Source: Amoebidium appalachense
Taxonomy: Eukaryota; Protista; Ichthyosporea
DNA length: 64,000 nt
Reading direction: 5' to 3'
Assembly (NCBI GenBank): GCA_963693365.1
Contig: CAVNZM010000015.1
Location: forward strand, 1 to 64,000
The notes below the pieces were generated by a model. The model was not told the origin of the DNA. It saw only the letters and a list, made by a program, of their open reading frames with translations, and made no database searches. The position numbers were made by a program, and so were the translations under genes. Shown piece by piece: positions 18,376-49,963 of this stretch (positions are counted from its first letter, which is position 1; every line of letters begins with the position of its first letter).

Positions 18376-19268
18376 GGGGTGGGGGGGCATATGTGGGTAT
18401 ATGTTTTGTCTTTCTGTGTGCGTGTGTGTGCCCACGCGTATCTGCGTATCCGTGTCCGCTCGTGCGCATGTGCATGCCCGTCCGAGTACCTGCGTGTCTG
18501 CAAGAATGGAACTCGTCTTCATCTCCTCGCTTGCTTCTGACTCTTTTCTTCAGGCCACCCTTCTTTTGTACTTCCTCCTCCTATTCTCCTCTCGTTACTT
18601 CCCCTCCACCCCCATGGGCTGCGCGCTGAAGCTAAGGCTCGTAAGTAGTGTGTGCATGATACTGTGTTCTCGTAGTGACTGGGTTATAGCCCGAAAGTTA
18701 CAAAAATACACAAAAGCTTGTCGACTGACCTGTGAGCAACGTTTCTCTGCCGACTTTTGGGTGTTCTGTTCCGGCCAAAAAAGAAAAATATGCCTCTTAC
18801 TGAAACAGCGTTTGCGCTAGCGCTGGTATCGTGCAGCCTATAGGAGTAGCCAGCTTGCCGCCCAGCCGAGTTCGGTGGTGGGCCGGGTGCCTGCACCGCG
18901 GCGTTTTCTTCGAAGTGTGCACACTGTGTGAGAGTGACAGCTGTGTCAATGTGTGTGTGACGTCATATGATACCATTTGGCCCAATCACACGAACTATTG
19001 GCACATTCCTTCGGAATACCGTTGTGTCACGTCACACTCATAGGCTGCTCGCTAACGGTTGGAGTCACGCTAGCCTTGTTGCGGCTGTGGTAGAAGTGAA
19101 GCAGGGTGCAACCGGGTGGGACGTATGTACACTAAACTCTTTTTTGAAAAGTGGTTGAGCTGTGTCCACGGTCCCGTGACTCTTCTCACACTTGGGAATG
19201 TGGCATGAACGTGTCTCAAACCTGTGCCTGTGTGCGTCATATAGAGTGTGCCCTAGCCTAGTGATCCT

Positions 19269-19975
19269 GATGGCCGGGGCCAGAATGACTTCTTCTTTGC
19301 TAATGAGAAGGGTAAGTGTCCCTTCCCGCGCTGCTCCACGTTCACTTGTCTTGTTTTGCTTCGTGTTTTCTGAGCAACCCCCTACGGTCACCAATAGTTT
19401 CACCCACACAACAACAACAACAACCCTCTCCCCCCGCGCGCGCCACGCATCTTTCTTTGCCCTTCTTCCCCACAGCTTTCTTTGCAGTGCCCATGCTTTC
19501 TTTTTGGGTTTTCTTTCTTTTCTAGCTAACTGATATTATCAGGAAACCCCTCCTTTGTTGCGTACGTGCTTTACTGCGAAGATAACTGCCACACTTCCAG
19601 GCATGCAGTCTACCCTCCAGAGAACCTGTAAGTTTCGAGGTGATGGTCCCTGGGAGAGGGGAGATGGAGGTGGTTGGGTGTGGTGTGTGTGTGTGTGGGG
19701 GGGGGGGGGGAGGGGGGGGGAGGGGGGAAGGGGAAAAAAAAAGGGGGGGGGGGGGGGGGGGGGGCTTGGAGCGGTAAGAGTAACATGAATGGAAAGTGCA
19801 AGCCTTCGTGTGAGTGATCCGAAGGCGAGGGGGGGAGAGGGGGGGAGGGGGAGGAGGGGGGAGAGAGCCGGAGAGGGAGGGGGGCCTGCTTGTGGGAGGA
19901 ACGGGAGGGGGGAGGGGGATCGACTTTACAGCAACCCAAACTGAAAATCATGATAAGAAAAAGACAGGAGAAATA
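19269..19975 (+). other. Possible short spliced transcript divergent from the 12-18 kb locus
   Basis: Strong GTAAGT donors at ~19311 and ~19628 with CAG acceptors at ~19600 and ~19931; the joined ORF is only ~37 aa (MAGARMTSSLLMRRACSLPSREPQPKLKIMIRKRQEK). Confidence 0.3.
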
Positions 19976-20862
19976 GAGTATGATCTCTGATGGAAGCTTC
20001 AGAAGTGTAACCGAAAGACAAGTGTACCAGTGGGGTGTCCTTGCAAATGATTAAAACAGAAAACTCTCGATAAGCAGAGAGCAAGGGAAAGTGGGAGGGA
20101 AGGGAGGGGGGCAGGCGGGGAAGGGGGCGGGCTGGGGTGGGGGGCTGGGGGAGGGGGCTGCTAGTACGTCCTAAGTGGTCGTTAGAGATTCTTGTACTCA
20201 ACTATTTGTTACATAGTAAAAGGGAGAGGGGTGGGGGGGGGGGGGAGGGGGGAGGGGGGAGGGGGGTTGCCGGACGGAGGGGTGGGGGGAGGGGGGGGGG
20301 GGGGGGGGGGAAGGGTGTTAGAATGATAGTAATGATTGTGCATATTTATGTTTGTAACATCTACCACAATCACATCGACCCACCCACCCCCTCGCCCACC
20401 AACCCATCCCTCCCCCCCCCCCCCCCCCCCTCCCCTCTCTCTCTCCCCCCCTCCCCACCGACCCACCCACCCACCCACCCACCGCCCCCTCCACACACAC
20501 ATACCCACACACCCACACAGGCAGGCACGCAGACATGCATTCAAGGAACACGCACACCTACACACCAATCCCCCCTCCCCCCCCCCCCCCCCCCCGCCCT
20601 CCCCCCCTCCCCCTCCCCCCCCCCCCCCCACACACACACACAGACATACACTCTGAGGGAGCACTAGGGTGCTGTCCGCACGGCAGATATCCTTGCGCTT
20701 TGTAGACCGAGTCATCTGTGATGCACTTCATCACTGTGGCATCGTTTGTGCCTCCCCACGTTGGTTATCCCCGTCCCCTCCCCTCCCCCCCTCCCCCTCC
20801 CCCCCCCCTCTCCCCGTTCTCCCCCTCCCGCCCTTCTTCGTAGACCCTCCCTCTCTACCCCC

Positions 20863-20893
<31 letters not shown>

Positions 20894-22208
20894 CCCTCAC
20901 CCTCCTTGAAAATGCCCCTCCTTTCCCTTCCCACCACCTCGTCCCTGTGAGAGACCACCCCGTCGGTTTCTAAGAATATTTGGGGAAGATAAAGCACACA
21001 GTTACGGGGCCAGTTAGACAGTTATGGCGTGTGTGTGTGTGTTGGGGGGGGGGGGTTCACGACCGAATGAGAGAAGCATGAGAGCCACGTTTTCATTCTT
21101 CGAAGGCTTATGAAGATAGGCAGCGGATGTGACAGTGTGGGGGAAAAAAAGAATGAAAAAAGAAAAAAAACAATGAAAGGCGAAAAACAGTGCACATGTA
21201 CTGTGTACACTGAGCTTGATAACCATATATGGCTATTTATGAATTTCATATGAATATAATCGATTTGATTGGATAAACTTCCCGCCCTTTAATCCCCCGG
21301 GCGGGGTGGGTCGTTCGTGTGTACCGCTCCCGGAAGTTTTTTTTTTCTTTTTTTTTTTTTCTTTTGACTGGATTTATTCAACGGAAAGATAGTGAGCCTT
21401 TGAGGATTCGGTTCTAAATCTGTGTTATAACCAATAAATAGGGGGAATGAAGGCTTTTTATACTATTATCCCCTTGCAATGGGTATATATATGATTTTTA
21501 ACTAAACGTAGGACAATGTGTAGTCAAGCTGCCCTATATTTGTAACGGAAAATTTACTTGGCGGCAAGTTGGCCAACTTCGAAGTTGGCGCCGAAGCTAA
21601 ATTCTGTATAAAAAAAATATATAAAAAAATCCTCTGGGTCTTGGGGGATCCGCCCTGGCCGAGTCTCAGCTGGTCACCGACTCAAAGCTCAAGAGTCAGC
21701 TTTCACCTACATACACGTTTTATGTTTTTCTCTCAAATGGCTTCACTGGTAGTCATATGCATATGTATAAAGAATTCTTCTGTCAAGGTTTCCTCTGTAC
21801 TTTCTGCCCCGCCCCACATACACCCCACCCCTCGGAGCCCCCGCCTCTCTCCCTCCGGCCGGTTGATCGTAAATGCCTAGAATCTTTGTTCCTGCACATA
21901 GGTTGTGAACTGGTACCGGCCCAGAAAGAAAAACTCTCGTTTGCTCTAAGGGTAAGCAGGGCCACATGGCTCCAAGCCGACTTGTTTTTTGCATGTACAT
22001 TTTTTGAAGGAAACCCCTGGATCATATGTCGTAGAAAGATGCAGCTGAGCCCCTCCCTTCTACCCCCCCCCCCCCCCCCCCCCTCCCCACCCACCCAGCC
22101 ATGATTAATGCATCACCACCACCACCATACAAATTTACCAATAGCTCCTTACTCAACAAACCCCCCCCCCCCCCCCCCGCGCACCCCCCCCCCCCCCCCG
22201 CGCGTGCG

Positions 22209-22258
<50 letters not shown>

Positions 22259-22886
22259 GTCACACACACACACAACCTCTGTCACACTGCAGCAGCATCA
22301 CATTTGTTGTATCAATACTCGTGTGCTCAGCACCCAAACAGATTTCAACTTTACTTATTTAAACAATATAAACCATTCGCAGGAGACTGTATACTTGGAA
22401 ATTTCCGATCCACTATGTCTGTTTACATTATCGGACAAACGTGACGCAAAGATGCATATCATCATTCCTTAAGTAATCCCAATACCTCTATCCTCGGTCC
22501 ACATTCCCTATCAAATTACAATAACCTTAAGCAAGGAAACGCAGGTGCCCTAGCACCATTCAAAGTGTACTCAGCACGTGGAACAATCTAACGGAAACCC
22601 CCATCTGAATATGCACTTGTAATCAGCGCCTACAGTAAAAAACCCGCCAATGCTGCTTTCAGTTGAACCGGCGTTTCTGTTTTTTCCGGAACATATCCAT
22701 GGCTGCATCGTCTGTCGCACCCGCTGTTTGTTCCATATGTCAGTATTCACTCTGTACAACTCTCATGCCCAGGGAGGGGGGAAGGGGGGGGGGGGGAGGG
22801 GGGGGGGGGGGGGGGGGAGGGGGGGGGGCCTAGTATGCGCATGAAGCAGTTTTCATACTCAATCCCAAACTGTAAACATGCAAACT

Positions 22887-23398
22887 GGGTACGTTCGCAC
22901 TAGGATCATCGAAACGACGAATTCCCATATTCGGATAAATCGGTGAGCCATCGACGATCGTTGTTTCGACGAACGGTGTTCGCACTGAAACGATGAAACG
23001 ACGAAAAACCCATATATGGCTAATGAATTCGATGCTCGATCGTCAGTTATTAGAGCAAACCAGTTCGCAAACCAGAGGTCGGATTGAAAATCAACGATTA
23101 GTCCAAAAAACGTGTCTCCCCGCTTACGTAGCAGATTACAGAATATTACGCCACCAGCAGAGCAACATAAGCACCCGTAAACTGCATAAAACGCTCATCA
23201 AACAACAAAAATGATATATAGAAGTATAAGATTTAAAAAATTTCTAGATATAAGAGGTATAAGGATCGTATATATGTGTGTATATGTAAATAGAATTAAC
23301 CGGCGACCGGCGACCGACGATTTGCCCAGTGCGAACACCAGGCGCCGGTCATCAAATCGATCGACCGACGATCATACGATCCTAGTGCGAACTTACCC
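22887..23398. mobile_element. MITE / non-autonomous DNA transposon, PIF/Harbinger-like
   Basis: 21-bp TIRs GGGTACGTTCGCACTAGGATC / GATCCTAGTGCGAACTTACCC (1 mismatch), 3-bp TSD ACT (22884-22886, 23399-23401), inner inverted pair GGTGTTCGCACTG/CAGTGCGAACACC, no transposase ORF. Confidence 0.9.
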
Positions 23399-23640
23399 AC
23401 TGTAACCTGTCCCTTAATACTTGAATAAACCACAGTCTATACTATGCCCTTGGGGATTCCTTGTGTCATCCCCCCCTCTGCCCCCCTTTCCCCTCCCGGT
23501 CTCCCCTTTCTCTACACCCCATGCGAAGCATACTTGTGGCTCACTCATCATACATCAGCATGCCCCTTTACTTCACACAACTCTCCTCCCCCCCCCTCCC
23601 CCCCTCCCCTCCCCGCCGACTTCCCAATTCCCGCACGACA

Positions 23641-23725
<85 letters not shown>

Positions 23726-24099
23726 TTCCGCATGCACCAACGCAAACATATACCAATCACACGACGTGCACACACACCTGCACCTAGGGACATGCGGATC
23801 AACTGATTTACTTACTCAAATACAAATACACACACAATGAGACAAAAATGTCACCGCCATAAACACACTAGACGTGAGGCCATCCCAAGTTCAAATTTAC
23901 ATTCATATTTACTTGTATCGTGGCAGTGTTATCATGGGTAGTTCACCTCTTCGTCTTGAAGATTTGTTACTTTGTTACGTGTTTTAGCATGTCGACCACT
24001 CAGACACTACCATAAAATGCAATGGCTACCCAATATCGCTACCAGATAAGGTATTAGTTAACCAGTATACAACCACTACTATACAGGGGGTTGGGGTGC

Positions 24100-24228
24100 A
24101 CCTACATCCTCTGCCCCTGCCTGCCCCAGGCCCTTGGTGCCCTCCTCTCCCCTCGTGTCCACCGCCACGGCCCCCTCTCCCTCCCCCCCTCCCTCCTCTG
24201 TTGTCTCCTCCAAACTGCGCGCTGATAA
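24100..24228 (-). CDS. RGG-rich exon, possibly a terminal exon of the C9orf78-like gene
   Basis: After a CCCCAG acceptor reads [40 protein letters not shown]; linkage to upstream exons not resolved. Confidence 0.45.
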
Positions 24229-24250
24229 CTGGGGTTGTTGTTGTGGTTAG

Positions 24251-25370
<1,120 letters not shown>

Positions 25371-25395
25371 GTGTGTGTGTGCGTGTGTGCGTGTG

Positions 25396-25429
<34 letters not shown>

Positions 25430-25496
25430 CACCTGTGTTCGTGCAAACGGTTGCCGCGGGCAGCAGTAGGGGGAGGGGAGGGGAGAGGGGGGAGGA

Positions 25497-25530
<34 letters not shown>

Positions 25531-25783
25531 GGGGGGGTCATGGTAGAATCCGCTCTAAAGCTCTAAAGGCATGGAAACCAAACAGTGTATGACTGTGTGT
25601 GTGGTCTGCATCTACTGTGGCATGGCTGTATATGTGTCTATGCTCAGCTTGTGGGAAAATTGTGTGCTGCAGGGATGTACGTGTGCATGTGCATGTGTGT
25701 GTCCGAGTGTGTCTGCTTGTGCAGGCGTTTGTACGACGAGTGCATGTACTGGTGCGTTGTGTATGTGTGTGTGTGTGTGCGTG

Positions 25784-25930
<147 letters not shown>

Positions 25931-26683
25931 GAGAGTGGGTGCCCAAGAATGCCGTTGGCGTATGGGCATGCGCAACAGTCCATATGTATTTTTTGTTGGG
26001 AGGTGGATACTGTTGGTGTGTGTCGTTGTTGGTGTTTGTGCCTTTCTGCGTGTGTCTGTGCGTGTTTCCGGAAACGTGCTATCATACATACATTAAAATC
26101 GAATTAACCCATTTGTTGCTTTCTTTGCGGAGGGGGAGGCCGGGGGGGGGGGGGGGGGGGGGGGGGGGGATTTCAAGCATTGAGATGGTGGGAGTGAAGA
26201 CAATCACATGATCATGACTTACATCGGAAGTTGTCCTCCTTTCTTGAGAGCTGCACTGTTTGTTTCCTGGAGAGGACAGGCTAGTGAGTGTCGTGTATTG
26301 AATAACGCTCCAAATAGTTTCTTTTCTTCATTGATATCCTAACTTTCCTCTGGATCTTGGGTTATCTATATACTCTATCCCAACTCTCTTTCTTTGTGCA
26401 CTTACTTTCCTTATTCAAGTTGTTTCTGATGGGCATCTCCACCAAGCACCCCCCCCCCAACCTCTCCCACCCTCCTTTTTCATTTGTGTACGTTTCATCA
26501 TGTGTGAATGTGTATTTGTGTGAGGCCGTGGTTGCTTATCCGCTTGCGTACCTGTACTTACGCACTAGCCCTGAACAGCCATGCATGGCATTTCTGCATT
26601 TTGATTCCCTGTCTTTCCCCCCTAGAGTGTGTGCATGTGTACGTGAACACACACTGCAAATTTGTTTGTGTATTCTTCCCTTA

Positions 26684-26749
<66 letters not shown>

Positions 26750-27183
26750 ATCCACCCTTAACCACCAACTTCTTCCCACGTGCACTGTGTACGTGGCGAA
26801 TGTGTGCTTCTCATTCTGTAACACTTTCTACTCCCCCCTCCCCCCTCGCCCCCTCTCCCCTCCCACACAAACACACGCACACACACACCCAATGTCCTTC
26901 CCACCTGCTGTGTGTCTGTGTAGATGCACACGTGTGCATGTGTGCATGTATGCATGTGTGCGTGTTCACACAACAACGTCTCGTCTGCATGCATGTGAGT
27001 GTGCTGAGGTGTTGATGAGTGCATGCAAGACGTCTGCACGTGTTCCATGATTTGCTTGTTGGTAAGACTGTGCGTGGGTGTGTTGGTGCACAATAGCGTG
27101 CTATTGTGTCGTCGTATTTTCGTTTTTAAGGGCGAGGGGGGGGGGGGGGGGGGCCAAATGTGTCGTCGTTTTTTCGAGTTTTG

Positions 27184-27244
<61 letters not shown>

Positions 27245-27260
27245 GGTTGTGTGTGTGTGT

Positions 27261-27291
<31 letters not shown>

Positions 27292-27524
27292 GGGGGGGGG
27301 GGGATGGTGGGTTATGCAGACGCGTGGTGCATGCGCACACACTCGGAGTCACGTACACATGCATGCACATTTCCTGCTCGGGCTCACTCTCCAAACAGAT
27401 GCAACCACACGGTATATTTTAGAGACAGAGGGATAGGCAAACCATGCACAATTAATGGGATCATTACATATACTAAGGTGCTTAGGTGTGATGTTCATCC
27501 CAGTATCGTGTCCCAGTGTTTACT

Positions 27525-27629
<105 letters not shown>

Positions 27630-27844
27630 TGTGTGTCTGTGTGTCTTTGTGTGCCTGTGTGTCTGTCTGGGAGTGTGTGCACGTGTCCGCGTGTGTGCAT
27701 GGCCAGTGTGTTCGTGCATGTGTACGTATGTGCTCGTGTGTGCAGTGTTTATTGGGTCGTGTAGGTGGCCCTTCTTGTTCGTGTTTTATGCAAGTGGGTG
27801 GTGCAAGGCTTTTACAACCAATGGCCCAAACCTTTTTGTCTCAC

Positions 27845-33209
<5,365 letters not shown>

Positions 33210-33974
33210 TCTCCCCTGCCTGTGCCCTCACTCGGGAAACGTCAAATCCCTCTAAACTCACCAGGTTAAAATGAGCCCTATATACCAACTTAACCGTCGT
33301 TTAAAATATGGTTATCCAGAGCTAGTCATGTCTTATTCTTGATGAAAATGACGAAGTACCACGCTATGGTTCTCTGCAGTCCGTTCTTACTGTCGAACTA
33401 GGCACTCCTGGGCACTACAGCACAGTGCTATTACTACAGCACTAGAGTAATAGAGTGGTAAAATAACAAACTATATAGTAGGCGCACATGTAATCACAAC
33501 AAGATGCATATACATATTGATTTAGCGTGCACGTGTATAAAGGAATGGGTGGGTGAGTGCCGTTCGAGTGAGTCCGCGGCGCCGGCCTGTACATGTCACG
33601 GAAAACGAAAACGGAGCTAACGGGCACAAGAAGGAAATCCCCTGCCCTCCTCTTCTTTCGGAGATCCACTAATCAAAACCGGTTTTGGATAAAGATTCAC
33701 CAATCAGGGATTAGCGGTTGGCGATGGGAACAAGGCCCTCATCAAAACTCGCGCGAACCAAGACTGTACTATGTACTGCATTTCTGTGTCTTTTCCTACC
33801 TGAGAAAAGGCGATTAACAGCAGCAGCTTCAGTTATTTTTGAATATATTTCTGCTGTAGCATTAATGCATGCTTGATTGTTCTTCATCTCTTTTGCTTCG
33901 AAGGTTATTTCTTTCACACTTTCCACATCATTTGGTCAGCCTTGACATCATTCGTCAACCCATTTCAATCTAGA
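33210..33974. promoter_or_regulatory. Bidirectional promoter region between C9orf78 and RNF5/185
   Basis: 765 bp of microsatellite-free DNA between two divergent ATGs. Confidence 0.65.
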
Positions 33975-39492
<5,518 letters not shown>

Positions 39493-41356
39493 TAGATGTG
39501 TGTGCTATAATTAGACTGCTCATGGTGGGCCTATTCTTCCTCATGTTCCTGCTGTTCTATTAATAGATGTGTGTGCTATATTTAGACTGCTCATGGTGGG
39601 CCTGTTCTTCCACATGTCCCTCCTGTTCTATTAATAGCTGTGTGTGCTATGTTTAGATTGGGCGGGGTTAAGGGGGAGGGGGCACAGCTGCTGTTTGGTG
39701 GGTGTGGACCTGATGTTAGTAGTGGGTATGTGTGTTGCAAACAAGTACCATTTTTCGTTGAATTTTTTGCTTTGTCTAAGGCAAAGCAAGTTCGTTCGTT
39801 TGTTTGTTTGTTTTTTGATCTTCACTGTTCATAAGAAAATGTTATGAAGGCACAGGCGTACATAATGACTCCCCCCTGTCCTAATTTATGTTAGCACTTC
39901 AGACTAATCGTTGGTAGCATGGGTCTGGTAACTACAATTACATTAATGGTTTAGAAAATGAATGTATGCAATTTGAATGTTTGAGGATACCTAGTTTCCC
40001 GCCCCCCAGATTTGGGTGATGGGCCCGGGAAGCAGCTTTGTATGGCATGCCGTGGGTGTGTGGAGGTGACATCATCTTTGCTGTACTTGTGCAACACGGG
40101 GGAGTACACCTGTGACCATTGAATTGATACTGAATACAGACAGGGTACCACTATGGTGGGTGTTATTATGCTTGCGTCGGGGGTTATGGTTGCAGCCACG
40201 CCCCCATAAGTAAGGTGCATAGATTTGCACTTTCGTATCCCCACACACATGTACGAACACATGTACACACATGAATGTGTCCAGTGCCACACGCACACTC
40301 AAATGCATGATGACCACATGTGCAAGCACAAAACCACACATGCACACATGTTCACAATCGCACAAGGTCAACTATCCTCTCCCCCTTGCTTCCCTCCCTC
40401 CCTCCCTCCCTCCCTCCTAACTCCCCTCCCCAATCCTCCAAGCCAGCTAACCCTCCACACTCACACACACACAGACGCGTGCACACACGCATGCATACAA
40501 ACACACGCATACACACCCGGGCCCACACGCACACACGCACACACACACGTGTGCAGAAGTATTCGAGGGCCGTTTTCGTCCGTTTTTTTTTAAATAAAAA
40601 AAAGGGTGTGAGTGTATGTGTGTGTGTGCGTGTGTGTGTATGTGTGGGTGGGTGGGTGGGTGTGTGTGTGTGTGCGTGCCTGTGTGTGGTGGTGGTGGAT
40701 GTTCCTGTGTGTGTGGGTGGATGTTCTGCGGTGAAGAAGGGGGGGGGGGGGGGGGGGAGACCGGGTGATCCGGATGGGAAGCCATTATTTCTTTTTCTTG
40801 TTGTGTATTTTTGTGTCTGGTGTGTTGTGGTGGCGCGCTGGACTGGAGGAGGAGGGGAGAGGGGGGGGGGGGGGGGGGGGAGGGATTGTGCTGTAACCAA
40901 TCTGAAAGCTCATGATATATCCATATATTTGTCTTATCATTGCCAGCCTGACCTGCAGACTTACAACGTTACAAAACAAAAACACGAAACCAACGCTTAA
41001 ATACATGCTATGGTGACTATAATACAGCGTTCACAGGTTTCGACTTTTAAAAACAGTAAACAGTATTCAGGAAACCTTTCGAAGTTTATTCAAATTAGCG
41101 CACCAACAGAGACTATTCTGCTATATCATTACCACCACTATCCTTCTGCATAAAACACTAACAGCGGAACAAGTTATTACTGTGCATACGTCCCAATGGT
41201 TATAGCTGTGCAACAACTTAAACCCCCTCACCTCAGTCATAAGAAACCTTAAAAAACCCCTCAGTTCCAGTCATCATAAAACCCAAAACCCCGTAATTAC
41301 AGTCAAAGTGGCACATAAACCCCCGAGTTCCAGTCATAACAGCACGCAAAAGCCCC

Positions 41357-46560
<5,204 letters not shown>

Positions 46561-48982
46561 TTTGCTGGAGGGGGAGGGGGGGGGGGGGGGGGGAGGGGGG
46601 GGGGGGGAGGGGAGGGGAGGAGGGCGAGGGGAGGGAGGTCAACGGGTTGAGATTTGGTAGCTCTAGAATGGGCCGGTTGGGGAGGGGGGGAGGGGGTTGG
46701 AAGGAAAGGCAGGGGGAGGGAGGGGGGGGGGGGGGGGGGGGGGGGTGATGTATGCGTTAGAGGGTTGGAAATATGGAGGAGACAACAAAGAACAACAACA
46801 AACCGTCACAAAAGTGGAAAACCCAAAGCAAGCAGGCAGAAGGCACTTGAACAGAGCCCATCATCAGGGGGGCTCCTATGCCTCCAGTGGGGGGGGGGGG
46901 GGGGAGGGGGTGGAGCTAATAGGAATGGGGCCTGGTTGGGGGGGAGGGGGGGGAGGGGGGGGAAGGAAAGGCCCAGGGGGGGGGGGGGAGGGGGGGGGGA
47001 AGGGAGGGGAGGGGGTGGGAGGGGGTGGGAAGGGGAGGGGAGGGGGGAGGGGTGTGGAGAAGGAACGTGTGGGGAACAATCAAGGAGATGACGGGACACG
47101 GGACGAGAGCTGGATAGTCGGTGGCACCAACAGGGACACAGAAGATTAAAGGGGGGGGGGGGGGGGGGGGGAGTGCAAGAATGTGAGAGGGAACGTAACA
47201 GCGTTGGTTTGAGTACGAGAAGAATTATAAACCGCAGCAACACTCCGGATGTGCCGGCTACCATAACGTGCACGTGCTTGTTCTCCCCTTCCACCAAATA
47301 CAAAGGGTCTATGTTTGTTAACATGCACATCTGATAAAGAAGATGGAAGCATGAGGCACTAGGTCAACCAACGGCAATCCCCCCCATTCCCCTCCCCTCC
47401 TCACACACACACACACACACACACACGCAAACATTCTGCACACCTATGCTCATGCACAACTGGTACCCCTCATCCCTACCCGCGACCAAGCTTGCCTCTT
47501 CCAACACACCATCTCCACCAATCAAAAACACGACCTTCTTAGTTGTTACCTTGTTCCGTAAAAATCAAGTTTCTTCACGTGTTTCAATAAACTCCAAACA
47601 CCGAGTGAGTTCAAAGCTCAAAGGCAAAAGAGTAGACAGTTAGATTGGCAGAAATAAAATAAAAACTGTTCACTCGAGTAAGATTTCTGAGTAGATGCGC
47701 GCGTTTTATATGTTCAAAGCAGAGGGGGGGCAGAGGCGGGGCAAATATCATTTTCAATCTTGCGTCCAAAGACGCACGAATGAGCGCATGAGCAGAAATG
47801 TTCTCTTGCGTTTCCAATCTGCCCACGCGGTTTTGCGTGTATGTGTGTTGGTTGGTTGACATAAACCTGTGTTGGAAAGGCACGAATTCAGGGGCACGTG
47901 TGTGCGTGTGGGAAGCAGCAGGTGTAGGTGGTATGAATGTTGAAAGACTTGCGGAAGATTTTATATCAACATGGTTTATTTACACTGGTTTTGAACCTGG
48001 TTGCATTGCAATTGGGTTCACGTGGAAGGCCTAGGATACGAGCTACACATCTGAAGGGAGGGAAGATGGTCTGTTGGATTTATCACGGCGCTAAGGGAAC
48101 ACATACGATTTTTATATTTTGGGTTGTTTTTTTTTATGTTTTTTCGTTTTTATGATTGACATGAGCATTGTGCGAGGTTTCTAGTTTTGGTTCCAAAGGA
48201 AGGAATGGGTTGCTTATGAGGCGAAGGACGAAAAACATTAGATCACCTACGTTTGTGACCCCTGATGTAGAGAATAAAGTTCAAAATGCTCAGGATCCAG
48301 AATACCTAGTCAGCTGTGACCGCCGAGATCTAGAAGATTTTGACACTGTCGTTCTTCTACGACTTCTCCATAACACCGTTAAAGTTGGGTGTTGGAAGGT
48401 TTGATGGTTAAGTGATACTTTCTGTGTAGCATGTTCCCCACCCGTTCCCTTTGTTTTCCACTCTGCACCTGTGTTTTTTTTTTTTTTTTTTCCCGGCATC
48501 CTCACACCATCAAATCCTACCAGCAACACTACCACAGACATGTTGCAAAGACACGCACACACACTACACCCAGCCCCTCCACCCCGCCACCATCATTACC
48601 GTCCAACGGATCCGGCCCCGAGGCAAACAATTTTCTGCTTAATGTGTGTGTTTGTAAGGGGTGTGGGGGGGGGGGGGGGGATGGGAAGTTATGAACGTGT
48701 GTATGTGTGTGTACTAGGGGCTGGAGGGAGGGGGGGGGGGGGGGAAGGGGGGGGGGGGGGGGGGGGGGGGGGGCTCTTCTCTGTAAAACACTGAATTTTG
48801 CGGATTCCAAAAATAGGTAATAATAGTTCATTTTTGAAATTAAATATAGAAAAGCCTTAGCTGATCGATTACCCTAGGCAACCGATAGCCTGGGCTGCAC
48901 ATCCCCCCCTCCCCCCCCCCCTCCCCCCTCCCCTCCCCCCCCCCCCCCCCCACATACACACACACACACATACACGCAGACA

Positions 48983-49034
<52 letters not shown>

Positions 49035-49229
49035 CGCGCGCGCACACACATACACACACTTATTCCCTCGTGCACACACACACAAACACACGCACTACTA
49101 TACGCACGCACGAACACACACACCCAGATACACACACACGACACAGAGACACACAGACACACGACACACAGAGACACACATGACGCACACCTCAATACCA
49201 AATTCACGGTTACTCAATTATCTGTACAG

Positions 49230-49579
49230 CCGGCGGCCTTCCAATACAAATCACTTTGGGGATTTACTGACCGTACACTATCGGGAGAACCCCCCTCCCC
49301 TCCCTCCATCCCCCCTCCATCCCCCCCCCCCCCTACCCCCCCCCCTCCCCCCTCCCCCCTCCCTCCCCCTCCTCCCTGGCTCGTGTTAGTGAGCATGGGC
49401 TTTGCTTGCTTTGCATTAATTCTCTCCAAGTGTGCTTTTTTTATAAATTTGCACTGTGCACTGACCATCGTGGATATATCGATGTCTATTTCTTCCCCAA
49501 CGTACATTGTAGCCCCCCTCCCCGGCCTCCCCCCCCCCCCCCCCCCCCCCCCCGGGCCCCGGGGTTTCGATATCATCCT

Positions 49580-49623
<44 letters not shown>

Positions 49624-49925
49624 CACCCCGGCACATTCTTTCACATTGCTCTGTGCATTCTCTGTATATCCCCATCTGTTTCACAATAACTGTACAGTGC
49701 ACACACGTACACATACAGAATAGACTCGTACACGTGACACACGTGTTGCCGAGAATGATTTAGTATCCCCCCCCCAAAAAAAAAACCCCGTTCCATTCTT
49801 TTGTATTCCTCCGTGTGTTCTCTGTATAACCCCATCTGCTTCACGTTATCTGTACACATGCACACATGCGCACACATATAGAACATAATAGTACAAATAA
49901 CACACGTGTTGTCATGAATGATTTG

Positions 49926-49963
<38 letters not shown>

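Noticed and set aside
18832-18895. GC-rich hairpin as a tRNA/SRP-like RNA
   Set aside because: No cloverleaf, Pol III boxes or SRP motifs recognised.
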